Part shown: positions 40,442 through 49,390 of the stretch, piece by piece | Numbering within the stretch: the first letter of the stretch is position 1 | Layout of the letters: each line of letters starts with the position of its first letter | Assembly (NCBI GenBank): GCA_038045825.1 | Contig: JBBSXJ010000004.1 | Coordinates: 95,301-159,300, forward strand | DNA: 64,000 nt | From: Nanobdellota archaeon | GTDB taxonomy: Archaea > Nanobdellota > Nanobdellia > Pacearchaeales > GW2011-AR1 | Direction of reading: 5' to 3' | Program-made: the position numbers and the translations under genes | The notes under the pieces: generated by a model | Databases searched by the model: none | Told to the model about the DNA's origin: nothing | Seen by the model: only the letters and a program-made list of their open reading frames with translations

Positions 40442-41518
40442 TTAGTAATTTATTTCTCCGCCACCTAACATAATTCTTTGTTTTGTGTAAATTACTGCTG
40501 ATTGACCCTCTGCTAGACCTTCTATTGGTTTGTTTAGAGTTATTTTGTTGCCTTTAATTGTTGCTCTGTTTAATTCTCCTAAGTGTCTTATTCTAACTAA
40601 AACATTGCTGTGTTTTGGTTTGCCCGAAATATAATTTATTTTTTTTATTTTGAATTCTTTTCTTTTTAGAATTGGATGATTTTTTGGCGCTATTGTTAAG
40701 ATGTTGTTTTTGATGTCTTTTTTTGCGATGTATAGTTTTGATTTTACCTGGTTTCTATATTCATTAGTTATTTTGACATTTTCGTTTTCTCCTAATCTTT
40801 CTCCAATTGTATAAAACATCATTCCATTATGCTCTCCTACAATATTTCCTTCTGGATCTTTTACTTTGCCTGGTTTATTTTTTATTCTTTGTTTTAGGAA
40901 GTCTTTTACATCTATATTTCCTACAAAACATAATCCTCTTGTTCCTTTTCTATCCCAGTTATGAAGGTTGTTTTGTTTTGCTATATCTCTTACTTCTCTT
41001 TTTGTGTAATCTCCTATTGGGAATAAAGTATGTTTAAGGTCTTCTTGACTTAAACCATAAAGGAAATAAGATTGGTCTTTTGATTTGTCTTTAGGTATTT
41101 TGATATAGAATTTATTGTTTTTTTCTATTTTTTTGATGTAGTGCCCTGTTGCTATATAATTGCAATTGTGTTTTTTTGCCTCTTTCCATAAATATGGGAA
41201 TTTTATTATTGTGTTGCAAGCTGAGTCTGGGTTAGGGGTTAATCCTTTCGCATAACTTTCGAACATTGGTTTGATTACTTGGTTTGAATATTCTTTTTCA
41301 TAGTTTATTGTTATTAATTTTATTCCTAATTTCGATGCTATTTTTTGAGCACTCTTTCTATCTTCAATCCACGGACATTCTCCAGTTATTTTGTTTTTTT
41401 CTCCTGAGAAACATTTCATGAATGCTCCTATAACTTCATAGCCTTGTTTTTGCAAAAGCATGGCTGCGACTGCTGAATCTACTCCTCCTGACAGGCCCAA
41501 TAGTACTTTTTGTTTCAT
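40442..41518 (-). CDS. mnmA: tRNA-specific 2-thiouridylase
   Basis: PP-loop SGGVDSAV right after the Met at 41518 (MKQKVLLGLSGGVDS); the longer ORF starting at 41662 adds 48 non-conserved residues and overlaps the divergent gene. Confidence 0.75.
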   Translation of the reverse strand: MKQKVLLGLSGGVDSAVAAMLLQKQGYEVIGAFMKCFSGEKNKITGECPWIEDRKSAQKIASKLGIKLITINYEKEYSNQVIKPMFESYAKGLTPNPDSACNTIIKFPYLWKEAKKHNCNYIATGHYIKKIEKNNKFYIKIPKDKSKDQSYFLYGLSQEDLKHTLFPIGDYTKREVRDIAKQNNLHNWDRKGTRGLCFVGNIDVKDFLKQRIKNKPGKVKDPEGNIVGEHNGMMFYTIGERLGENENVKITNEYRNQVKSKLYIAKKDIKNNILTIAPKNHPILKRKEFKIKKINYISGKPKHSNVLVRIRHLGELNRATIKGNKITLNKPIEGLAEGQSAVIYTKQRIMLGGGEINY

Positions 41519-41610
41519 GTTTCTTATAGTATTTTTTACTTTATAAAATGTAGAAAAACGTCCTTGAATGCATATAGATAAATATATAAATAACAAACTT
41601 TTATTCTCAT

Positions 41611-42705
41611 ATGTTAAAAATTCCAAAAAAATGGAGAGAGTTACCTTTAGAGGAGAGAACAAATAAAATAGTTGAATTATTTGGGATTTCTAAAAAGACT
41701 ATTAACAAAATTAGAAATATTAGAGATAAAAAAATTAAATTAATAGCTTCTGCAAAAATCCAATATCAAATGTTCGGTGAGATTCATAGTTACTTGACTT
41801 GTTGGATTGCTGGTTACGGTAGTGACGTAGAAGTAAGAAATGTTTTTGGATCTACACATGCTTTAAGGTCTATTTTTATAAAGTTTGCAAGAGTTAAGGG
41901 AATAGAATATTCTTGGCAAGACATTAAAAGAGGAGTAAAAATTCCTGAAAAAATTACTCCTTTATTAGCAGAGGAAACAGGAATACATTTAGGAGATGGG
42001 TGTCTTTATTTATATATAGATAATAATGGTTATAAGTCATATAGATATTCTATTACTGGAAATCTTATAGATGAAGAGCCATATCACACAAATTATATTG
42101 CAAAAATTTTGTTTCAGCTTTATAATTTAAAACCTAGATTTCTAATAAGACCTAATCAGAATAGCATAGATACTACTGTTGGTTCTAAGGCAATATTTCA
42201 GTTTAAATCTAAGATTCTTGGTTTACCTTCTGGCAGTAAAAAGTATGCTAGCATACCTCTAGCTATTTTACAAAATAATGAACTTAGTAAAAGATGTTTG
42301 GTCGGTATATTTGATACTGATTTTAATATTACAGAACATCTAGCTATTAGTGGTAAGATTCACAGTATTAATGTGACTAGACAAATTCATGAAATTCTTT
42401 TAAGAAATAATATTAAGCACATCTATAAAGAATATGAGGATTATGGTAGATTTTATATTAGCAAGAATTATGCAAAAATTATTGTTAAAGAATGGGAAAT
42501 GCATAACCTAAAACATTTGACAAAGTTTGAGGTCTTTGAAAAATTTGGGAAATTTATTCCATTTACAACTACACCAGAAAGAATTTCTTTATTAAACGGA
42601 AGTCTTTCTTTGGAGGAATTAGAGAAAATTAGCGAAAAAAGAAAAAATATCAACGACTCTGCGAGGACTCGAACCTCGGACCCCACGGTTTCTTTGAATC
42701 CTTAA
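41611..42705 (+). CDS. hypothetical protein with N-terminal HTH and degenerate LAGLIDADG-like motifs (possible free-standing homing-endonuclease-like protein)
   Basis: KIVELFGISKKTINKIRN (HTH-like); IAGYGSDVEV, GIHLGDGCLYLY, LVGIFDTDFN resemble LAGLIDADG blocks; 3' end reads through ~50 nt of the opposite-strand tRNA. Confidence 0.35.
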   Translation: MLKIPKKWRELPLEERTNKIVELFGISKKTINKIRNIRDKKIKLIASAKIQYQMFGEIHSYLTCWIAGYGSDVEVRNVFGSTHALRSIFIKFARVKGIEYSWQDIKRGVKIPEKITPLLAEETGIHLGDGCLYLYIDNNGYKSYRYSITGNLIDEEPYHTNYIAKILFQLYNLKPRFLIRPNQNSIDTTVGSKAIFQFKSKILGLPSGSKKYASIPLAILQNNELSKRCLVGIFDTDFNITEHLAISGKIHSINVTRQIHEILLRNNIKHIYKEYEDYGRFYISKNYAKIIVKEWEMHNLKHLTKFEVFEKFGKFIPFTTTPERISLLNGSLSLEELEKISEKRKNINDSARTRTSDPTVSLNP

Positions 42706-42749
42706 TGAATCCTAACAGCCGTGTGCTCTACCTGCTGAGCTACAGAGTC
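42654..42749 (-). tRNA. intron-containing tRNA, probably tRNA-Asn (anticodon GTT) with a 23-nt intron at canonical 37/38
   Basis: acceptor GACTCTG/CAGAGTC, D-arm GCTC-AGCAGGTA-GAGC, anticodon stem CACGG/CCGTG separated by 30 nt (CTGTTA|23 nt|A), T-arm CGAGG-TTCGAGT-CCTCG, discriminator G as in tRNA-Asn. Confidence 0.7.
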
Positions 42750-42837
42750 TTATAGAGGAGAGCATTTTAATGTTATTTAAATCTTAGTTTTAATCTATTT
42801 TTTTAGATATTATGCAAATTCTTTTAAACTCAATAAT

Positions 42838-43920
42838 TTGATTGTTTTCATGCCTCAAAATGATCATTTAGGAATTCTTGCTTGCCCTGATTGTAATTCT
42901 GGATTTTCTGTTAATTCTTTAGGGGCTTATGTTTGTTCTAGAATGGGAGAAGAGTATTTTCCTATTGGAGATGCTCCAAACTTTTTACCCTTTAAATTGA
43001 GAGAAGAAAATAGTTTTAGATTTAATGGAATCCCTAAAAAAACGGTGGAAGTTAAATCTGGAGGATTAAGAAAAAGGATTAGTACTGGAGAATTGACTTC
43101 TTTTTTGTTAAATGCTGGATTAGGAAATAGTAGAGGCGTTTTAAGTTACATTAGAGAAGTTATAGATGACCTTCCTAATGAATGTTATGATGGTGAAAAA
43201 CTTACTATTCAAGGAGTTAAATTGGTTTCTGGTTTATTTAATCAAATTCTTGTAAAATATGAAGATCACGGAGATGATTATATGAAGCGTCAGTTGGTTG
43301 GAGCTTCTCATCAGGCTAGATATGAAGCAGAGTTGGAATCTTTAAGAGATTATCCTGGAAATTTTAAGTTGCCTCTTGCTTTAAGAGGAATGCTTCCCCG
43401 AAAAGGTAATGTCTTAGAGGTAGCTATGGGTAATGGAACTAATTTGCAGGAGCTTGTTGAGGAAGGAGAATTTGAAAATTCGATAGGTTTGGATTATTCT
43501 TATGGTATGGTTCGTGCGGCTAGAGAACGTGATGAATCTTCTTCCATCTTTTATGCAATTGCAGATGCTCACCATTTACCTATTGCGGACAAATCTATGG
43601 ATTTGGTTTTAATGTTTAATGCTCTTGATAGAGTTAGCTCTCCACCAGAAGTTTTAGCTGAAATTGAAAGAGTTTCTAGACCTGGCAGTACAATTGTTTT
43701 AGGCCAGTGTATGCCGTTTCAATATGATGTTCAATTTGGCAAGACAAGGATTGGAAGTATTTCTAAAGATCAAAGACTTAAAGATTTGGAAGACGCAGTA
43801 AACAGAGTTAACGGGGCTCAGATAGTTAGTCATTCTACAGGCAATGTTTGGCATCCTGAAACAGTTACTCAAGGCGTTGAAACTTTATATGTTGATATAG
43901 TTGTAGCTAAAGTTGCTTAA
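42838..43920 (+). CDS. class I SAM-dependent methyltransferase with N-terminal Trm112-like zinc ribbon
   Basis: CPDCNSG…C N-terminus; LEVAMGNGTN (motif I) and ADAHHLPIADKSMDLVL (motif II/III region). Confidence 0.65.
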   Translation: MIVFMPQNDHLGILACPDCNSGFSVNSLGAYVCSRMGEEYFPIGDAPNFLPFKLREENSFRFNGIPKKTVEVKSGGLRKRISTGELTSFLLNAGLGNSRGVLSYIREVIDDLPNECYDGEKLTIQGVKLVSGLFNQILVKYEDHGDDYMKRQLVGASHQARYEAELESLRDYPGNFKLPLALRGMLPRKGNVLEVAMGNGTNLQELVEEGEFENSIGLDYSYGMVRAARERDESSSIFYAIADAHHLPIADKSMDLVLMFNALDRVSSPPEVLAEIERVSRPGSTIVLGQCMPFQYDVQFGKTRIGSISKDQRLKDLEDAVNRVNGAQIVSHSTGNVWHPETVTQGVETLYVDIVVAKVA

Positions 43921-44065
43921 CTTTATTTTTAATAATTTTTACCTTTATTTTTTCTCGACGGTAAATATTTTGTCTAAAAAATAAAAATTATTCTTTTCTA
44001 AAAAATTGGCAAGGTTTTAAATACAAGTTTGTATTTTTTATTTTAAAGAGGTATATGATAGAGTG

Positions 44066-44143
44066 ATGAAGAAAAAAGCTAAGAAATCTGCAAGCAGGTC
44101 TTCTGCAAGAAAATCTTCCAGAAGTAAAGCTAAACGCAGATAA
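44066..44143 (+). CDS. tiny (25 aa) highly basic Lys/Ser/Arg-rich peptide
   Basis: MKKKAKKSASRSSARKSSRSKAKRR; agaggt SD-like element ~12 nt upstream; palindromic TATA-like ttttaaatacaagtttgtattt ~45 nt upstream. Confidence 0.25.
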   Translation: MKKKAKKSASRSSARKSSRSKAKRR

Positions 44144-44193
44144 TTTCTGAGCTTTAATTTTATTTAATTTTTATTTCTTTATTTTCTTCTTTA

Positions 44194-44751
44194 TTAAATA
44201 TCTGAGTCTTCTTCAGAGTCGAAGTCTTCAGATTCTTCTTTTCTAACTATTTTTTTATGATTTTCTTTTACACCTTTTTTCTGAGTGTTTATTCTTTCTA
44301 AGTATTTGTAAGCATTTGCTTGTTTTGTTCCTTTTATGATATTTGTTACAGCTGTTAATGCTCTTTCTGTAACTTCTGCGTGGCCTATTATTCCTACTTG
44401 ATTATCATGAATTGCTATATCGCATTTAGTTATTTCTTCTATTGTTTTCTTTGTTTTTCCATGAGTTCCAATTAACCTGCTTCTTACAACTTCTAAGTTT
44501 TTAGTGTTTGCATGATCTTTTATATTTATTTTAATGAAATCATTTTCTTCATCTAGAACTCTTAAGGCTTTTTCTACTGAAAATCCTAGATTTATAGCAT
44601 CAAATACTCTTTGAGCTTCGTATTCATTGAACGGATCTGTATCTATAGTAATTATTTTGTCTTTTATGTTTATTTTACAGTTTAGTTTTTGTTCTAGTTT
44701 TTCTTTATTTCTTAGAACCTCTCTTCTTCTAGATATTTCTATATTAATCAT
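44194..44751 (-). CDS. KH-domain RNA-binding protein (Dim2/Pno1-like)
   Basis: two KH-like modules, GxxG loop IGTHGKTKK; acidic C-terminal tail. Confidence 0.6.
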   Translation of the reverse strand: MINIEISRRREVLRNKEKLEQKLNCKINIKDKIITIDTDPFNEYEAQRVFDAINLGFSVEKALRVLDEENDFIKINIKDHANTKNLEVVRSRLIGTHGKTKKTIEEITKCDIAIHDNQVGIIGHAEVTERALTAVTNIIKGTKQANAYKYLERINTQKKGVKENHKKIVRKEESEDFDSEEDSDI

Positions 44752-45125
44752 TAGAATTCTTGGCTCAAGGAATTTAGAAGCCCTTTCTTCTTTAGTTGAG
44801 TGACTTCATTAGGTTTGTATTTGTAAATAATATCTCCTTTGTCTTTGTCAAATTCCCAAAGCTTTACTAAGACTATATCTCTAGGTCTTAACCATAATTG
44901 TCTCTTGTATTTTCCAGGGACTCTACAATTTCTTGTTTTACCATCTGTTGTTAGAACTTCCATTCTATTACCTCCATATCTTTGTACAATTGTACCTATA
45001 ATTTCTCCATTCTTTGGCCATCTAGCTCTTACGAATCCTTCTGGCTGTTGTTCTTCTTGTGGTTCTTCTTGAGTTCCATCTAAAATTTCTTCAAAATCTC
45101 CAAATTCATTATCTTCTTCTTGCAT
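44751..45125 (-). CDS. eif1a: translation initiation factor 1A
   Basis: S1-like OB fold core (…RVPGKYKRQLWLRPRDIVLV…) typical of e/aIF-1A. Confidence 0.85.
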   Translation of the reverse strand: MQEEDNEFGDFEEILDGTQEEPQEEQQPEGFVRARWPKNGEIIGTIVQRYGGNRMEVLTTDGKTRNCRVPGKYKRQLWLRPRDIVLVKLWEFDKDKGDIIYKYKPNEVTQLKKKGLLNSLSQEF

Positions 45126-45164
45126 AAATTTCTTAGGATAATGGGGCTTTTAAAAGCTATTGGT

Positions 45165-45524
45165 TTAATTAATTATCAAGGTAAAAGGTATATTTTTTAT
45201 TTTACTTTCTGATTCTTTGTCTATTATTCCAGCTTCTACTGCTGTTTGAATTGATTCTTTTCCTACTATATTGAATGTAGAACCTTCTTTGAATTCATAT
45301 TTCATAATACTAATCACTTCACTTTTTGAGTGTTTTTCTCCTTTGAAGAATGATTCTGTTACATCTAACTGCTTAATTCCTTCTAAGAACTTCTTACCTA
45401 TTAGATTTTCATCGCATACAGCGACTATTGCTCTTGAGGATCTGTGGATTTTTACCCACATGTGGAATTCATGACTTTCTGAATTCTTTGTATGATCAAA
45501 GTTTTCTCCAACAAACTTTGACAT
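45165..45524 (-). CDS. DUF424-like archaeal protein
   Basis: HMWVKIHRSSRAIVAVCDENLIGKKF resembles DUF424 family often linked to aIF2 beta. Confidence 0.4.
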   Translation of the reverse strand: MSKFVGENFDHTKNSESHEFHMWVKIHRSSRAIVAVCDENLIGKKFLEGIKQLDVTESFFKGEKHSKSEVISIMKYEFKEGSTFNIVGKESIQTAVEAGIIDKESESKIKNIPFTLIIN

Positions 45525-45563
45525 AATATAATAAAAAGGATATAAAAATTAAAATTTAGTTGA

Positions 45564-45737
45564 TTACTTCAGCTTAGCTGCAGCATCTTTTCCTACTACT
45601 CTCCAGCATTCGTGTGTGCCAGTAGGTGATTTTGCAACAATGAAGAATCTTCCGCTTCTTTCTACGAGCTTGTAGTTGTCAGTTGTAAATTTGCTTTTTG
45701 ATTTGACATCATAAAACTCTTGTTTCGGTTTAGCCAT
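45564..45737 (-). CDS. unannotated 57-aa basic protein, beta-rich (possible small SH3-like nucleic-acid-binding protein)
   Basis: not in ORF track (below size cut); perfect SD aaggaggtc 5 nt upstream of ATG; MAKPKQEFYDVKSKSKFTTDNYKLVERSGRFFIVAKSPTGTHECWRVVGKDAAAKLK. Confidence 0.45.
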   Translation of the reverse strand: MAKPKQEFYDVKSKSKFTTDNYKLVERSGRFFIVAKSPTGTHECWRVVGKDAAAKLK

Positions 45738-45813
45738 TTTGACCTCCTTAACTCATAAATTTAGGGCTATTTTAAATGTTTTGTTCAAAACATTTGAGTA
45801 TTTTTGGCTATTT

Positions 45814-46224
45814 TTATAAATTATATCTGATTGGAGATTTAGCTCCGCAAGCTAAGCAGTGTTTGAACTTAATGCCTTTTTCTATTATAACTTCTGTATC
45901 TGGTTTTTTACATTCTGTACAGAGAACGAATTCTTTTACATATAATTCAACTTTTTCATTTACTTTTGCTGAATTTAACATTGTTTTAAGCATAAGTCTA
46001 TCTTTTTCTAAAACACCAGCTACTGCAAGCTCTTTTTGAAGGAATTTTGCTAAATGTTCAACCGGTCTTCTGATATGTGAAGCTATTTCATTAATATTTG
46101 TGATAAATGTATTCTTACCTGAGACTTGACCTTTTACTTTGGGTATTTCGAATCTGTCAGATGATGTTTGAACTACTTTAATCTTCTTGTAAGCAGAGTC
46201 AAGCATTTGTTCGTATGAATCCAT
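45814..46224 (-). CDS. eif2b: translation initiation factor 2 beta subunit
   Basis: conserved N-terminal region and C-terminal C4 zinc ribbon (CTECKKPDT…CLACGA). Confidence 0.8.
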   Translation of the reverse strand: MDSYEQMLDSAYKKIKVVQTSSDRFEIPKVKGQVSGKNTFITNINEIASHIRRPVEHLAKFLQKELAVAGVLEKDRLMLKTMLNSAKVNEKVELYVKEFVLCTECKKPDTEVIIEKGIKFKHCLACGAKSPIRYNL

Positions 46225-46275
46225 TTAATTTGAACGCTTATGAAGGTTTATAAATTTGAGCTGGTATGATTTGCT

Positions 46276-46857
46276 ATGAAATTTAAGAATTTTATATTAG
46301 GTTTGGGTATATTCATAGTATTTGCTTTATCTCTTTTTCAGGGATTAGAGACATTTTATCCGACCCCTCAGTGGGACGATTATTGTACTAATCATGCTGG
46401 ACCTATAGGTTTGAGAGAGCCTGCTTCATGTCCTCCTGTTCCTTCTGATTTGCAAAGAAGAGCTGAACAATGTTGGGATTCAAAGGGCCAATTTGTATAT
46501 GAGTATGATTCAAACAGTTGCCCTACTGGAGGATATTGTGATGATTGCAGTATAGATTATGAAAATGCTCTCGATAAACATTCACAGAGAGTCTTTATAA
46601 TTGCTATATTGGTAGGTATTTTGGTATTTGTAGCTGGTTTATTCTTACTTTCTACTGAGCCTGTCGGAAGCGCATTAATGGCTTCTGGAATATGGTCTGT
46701 GTTTTATGGGGTTGTAAAGAACTGGAGAAATTTCACAGATTCATGGAGATTTTTGTTGTTGTTTGTTCTGCTTATAGTTTTGATATGGGTGGCTCTTAGA
46801 TTTAACAAAAAACATGAAGGAATTGTTTCTAAGATTAAACATAAGTTGAGAAGATAG
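46276..46857 (+). CDS. membrane protein with extracytoplasmic Cys-rich domain (hypothetical)
   Basis: signal/TM, 8 Cys in the N-terminal domain, three C-terminal TM helices. Confidence 0.4.
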   Translation: MKFKNFILGLGIFIVFALSLFQGLETFYPTPQWDDYCTNHAGPIGLREPASCPPVPSDLQRRAEQCWDSKGQFVYEYDSNSCPTGGYCDDCSIDYENALDKHSQRVFIIAILVGILVFVAGLFLLSTEPVGSALMASGIWSVFYGVVKNWRNFTDSWRFLLLFVLLIVLIWVALRFNKKHEGIVSKIKHKLRR

Positions 46858-46900
46858 TTATTATCTAAATGTTTAAGTAGAATTATTTATTTTAATTTTT

Positions 46901-48007
46901 ATGGATGAAAAGAGTGTTGATTTAACAGAGTTATATAAAAAACAGATTTCCTTGACGGAATGGTTTGCTAATATAAAACATTCTAAGACTGAAGAGTTGA
47001 GACTTGAAGATAATAATAAACGCGATAGATTGGCTGTTTTAAATTTGATAATTGGTTTGCCTTTTGATAAACCTCATCAATTTAGTGCAATTGATATCTA
47101 TAATCAAACTGATGATTTTAAGAAATTTTTAGTTGAACATGGTGAAGATTCTTGTGCTTTAAGACTCATACCATTTGATCCTAGTTTGCCTAAATTGAGA
47201 ATGCGCGGTCAAAGAGTAAAAGATGTTGTTGCAGGTTGGTTTAAAGAACAAAAAATAGATTATTCAAAATATAAAGCTGACTTTGTACCAAATCCAATTA
47301 ACACTAAATTTTCCAGCATATTTATTGTTAATAGAAAAGGAATATTTGGAGAAATCATTCGTGGAGGGCATAACCAATTGACACAGGGTTTTCATGATGG
47401 TGAAAAACCAATTAACTTTTCATATGATTTTAACGAGTGGAAATTTAGTTTGAATGATGAATTAGTTATGAAACATGCTAAAGAAATTATCAACTCAATT
47501 AAAGTAGAGGATCTTAATAAAAGATCTTATTTAACAGATAAATTAGGATCTATTTTCATTAATAATTATTTATATGGATATTTTGAAAGCGTTGATTCAA
47601 AAGATTTTGGTCTTTGGTTTATAGATTATAATGTGACTTTGGCAGATATGTACAAAGAAATTATGCCTGTTATTGAAAGGAAAGAAACTCTTATTGCTGG
47701 ACAACCTGCAAGTTTAGGGAAAGTGCAAGGAAGAGTTAAAATTATAATGTATCAGAACTTGGAAAATAGTACAATCAATTCTGATGAAATTTTGGTTTGT
47801 CATGTTACAACACCAGATTATTTTAATTTGATGCAAAAATCTTTGGGAATTATTACTAATGGTGGTGGTGTTTTAAGTCATGCTGGGATTGTTGCTAGAG
47901 AGCTTGGTAAACCTTGTATTATTGGAACAGGAAACGCAACAGAAGTTTTGAGAGATGGAGATTTAATAGAACTTGATGCAACTAACGGAATTGTTAGAAA
48001 ATTGTAA
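46901..48007 (+). CDS. PEP-utilising-enzyme mobile (phosphohistidine swivel) domain protein
   Basis: C-terminal GGGVLSHAGIVARELGKPCIIG phosphohistidine motif; N-terminal 270 aa unassigned. Confidence 0.55.
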   Translation: MDEKSVDLTELYKKQISLTEWFANIKHSKTEELRLEDNNKRDRLAVLNLIIGLPFDKPHQFSAIDIYNQTDDFKKFLVEHGEDSCALRLIPFDPSLPKLRMRGQRVKDVVAGWFKEQKIDYSKYKADFVPNPINTKFSSIFIVNRKGIFGEIIRGGHNQLTQGFHDGEKPINFSYDFNEWKFSLNDELVMKHAKEIINSIKVEDLNKRSYLTDKLGSIFINNYLYGYFESVDSKDFGLWFIDYNVTLADMYKEIMPVIERKETLIAGQPASLGKVQGRVKIIMYQNLENSTINSDEILVCHVTTPDYFNLMQKSLGIITNGGGVLSHAGIVARELGKPCIIGTGNATEVLRDGDLIELDATNGIVRKL

Positions 48008-48457
48008 CTAACCTTGATAATTATAAGATAAGGAATTGTATTCTTCTGTTAGGTATTCTTTTATTCCATTTTCATGTAATAATATGAAATATTTTATTCC
48101 TGCGTCAAGAGCCATTTTACTGCAAATTGTACAATATGGATTTCTTGCTATCTTTTTTTGATCATTTCTATCAAGCCTTATGAAATATAATTTTGAATCT
48201 TTTAGCTTTGTTGGATTATTTTTTAATGCATCCATTATTGCTCTTTGTTCTGCGTGCATACAACAAGTTTTATCAGTTACTTTTTTATGGTATTCATCTT
48301 TATTATTGTTACATCTTCTTTGAGACTCTAAATTATTCGAGGGTGAATTATATCCTTGACCAATAATTTCATTGTCTTTTACTATGGCTGAACCACACCT
48401 CCATCTTTCACAAGTTGATTGTTTTGCTATTTTTACTGCTTCTTCTATAAAATCCAT
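48008..48457 (-). CDS. dCMP/cytidine deaminase family protein
   Basis: zinc-binding HAE…PCxxC (CMHAEQRAI, PYCTICSKM). Confidence 0.75.
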   Translation of the reverse strand: MDFIEEAVKIAKQSTCERWRCGSAIVKDNEIIGQGYNSPSNNLESQRRCNNNKDEYHKKVTDKTCCMHAEQRAIMDALKNNPTKLKDSKLYFIRLDRNDQKKIARNPYCTICSKMALDAGIKYFILLHENGIKEYLTEEYNSLSYNYQG

Positions 48458-48458
48458 T

Positions 48459-49070
48459 TTAACCTAAATATCTCACTTTACCCGGGCGAGGTTCGTAAAT
48501 TGTCCCTTCTTCTAACAACTTGCGAATTTCTTGGTTTACTACTTCTGGTTTTGATTGGAGTTCTTCTGTTAATTTCTTTATATCTGCTCCGCCGTTTTGT
48601 TCTTCTCGTTTGATTATTGTTATTATTTTATCTTTGAGGTCTATTGATTGTTTTTTGTCTGACTCTGAAGGTTTGTTTCTTTCATTTTCTAATTTCCTTA
48701 ATAGAAGATATTCTGCTTCTTTCTTCTTTATTATTTCAGGAGTTACATATATTTCTTTATTCCATTCTCTTATCATTCCTATTGCGAGAACAGTATCTCC
48801 TTGTTCAAATGGTTTTAATTTCTCTATATCTTCTCCGAATGTTTTTAATTTTATTTGACCTGATGCATCATCTAAAGTTACTGATGCAAACTTCTTTTCA
48901 TCATCTTGAATGAATTTATCAACAACATTTGCAATCAAATTAACTCTTGCTACATTCTTTCCACTTGTTTCTATGAATTTTAATTTCTCTCCGTCTGTTA
49001 TTTGGTTTCCTGAAAGTATGTCTCCAATCTTTAGTTTGAATGCTGTATGCCTCTTGAATTCTTCTGCCAT
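48459..49070 (-). CDS. OB-fold nucleic-acid-binding protein with C-terminal winged-helix (RPA2-like?)
   Basis: OB-fold-like central region (VARVNLIANVVDKF…GDTVLAIGMIREWNKEIYV) plus C-terminal helical wH-like segment. Confidence 0.4.
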   Translation of the reverse strand: MAEEFKRHTAFKLKIGDILSGNQITDGEKLKFIETSGKNVARVNLIANVVDKFIQDDEKKFASVTLDDASGQIKLKTFGEDIEKLKPFEQGDTVLAIGMIREWNKEIYVTPEIIKKKEAEYLLLRKLENERNKPSESDKKQSIDLKDKIITIIKREEQNGGADIKKLTEELQSKPEVVNQEIRKLLEEGTIYEPRPGKVRYLG

Positions 49071-49390
49071 TTTTTATTTTATTATGTTCTTTATTTAAGT
49101 ATTGTTATAGTTTTTATTCCATTATTTTAAATATTGATTTGTTATTATAATTTTTATTCAAGTAAAAGAATAAGATCTGAACAAGCTATTGTTGCTAAAA
49201 GAATTGTTGCAGAATATGCATCAAGTCAGAGGGGTCATGATAATTGCCACTGGCATCCTGAATTATGGGAGAAATTGATGAAATTGTTTAATGTTTAATA
49301 TCTTGCAGACAGACAACTTCCTCTAAGGGGTGAGTTTAGAGCTAGATGTCAAAGATATGAATCTGAACTTTATGAAAAAAGAAGTTAAAA

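Noticed and set aside
41519-41662. Longer N-terminal extension of mnmA (start at 41662)
   Set aside because: The extra 48 residues are hydrophobic, low-complexity and precede the conserved PP-loop start (MKQKVLLGLSGGVDS); the extension would overlap the divergent gene's 5' end
45776-46039. 87-aa plus-strand ORF overlapping the aIF2-beta gene
   Set aside because: Antisense to a confidently identified gene (aIF2 beta zinc ribbon); composition is low-complexity
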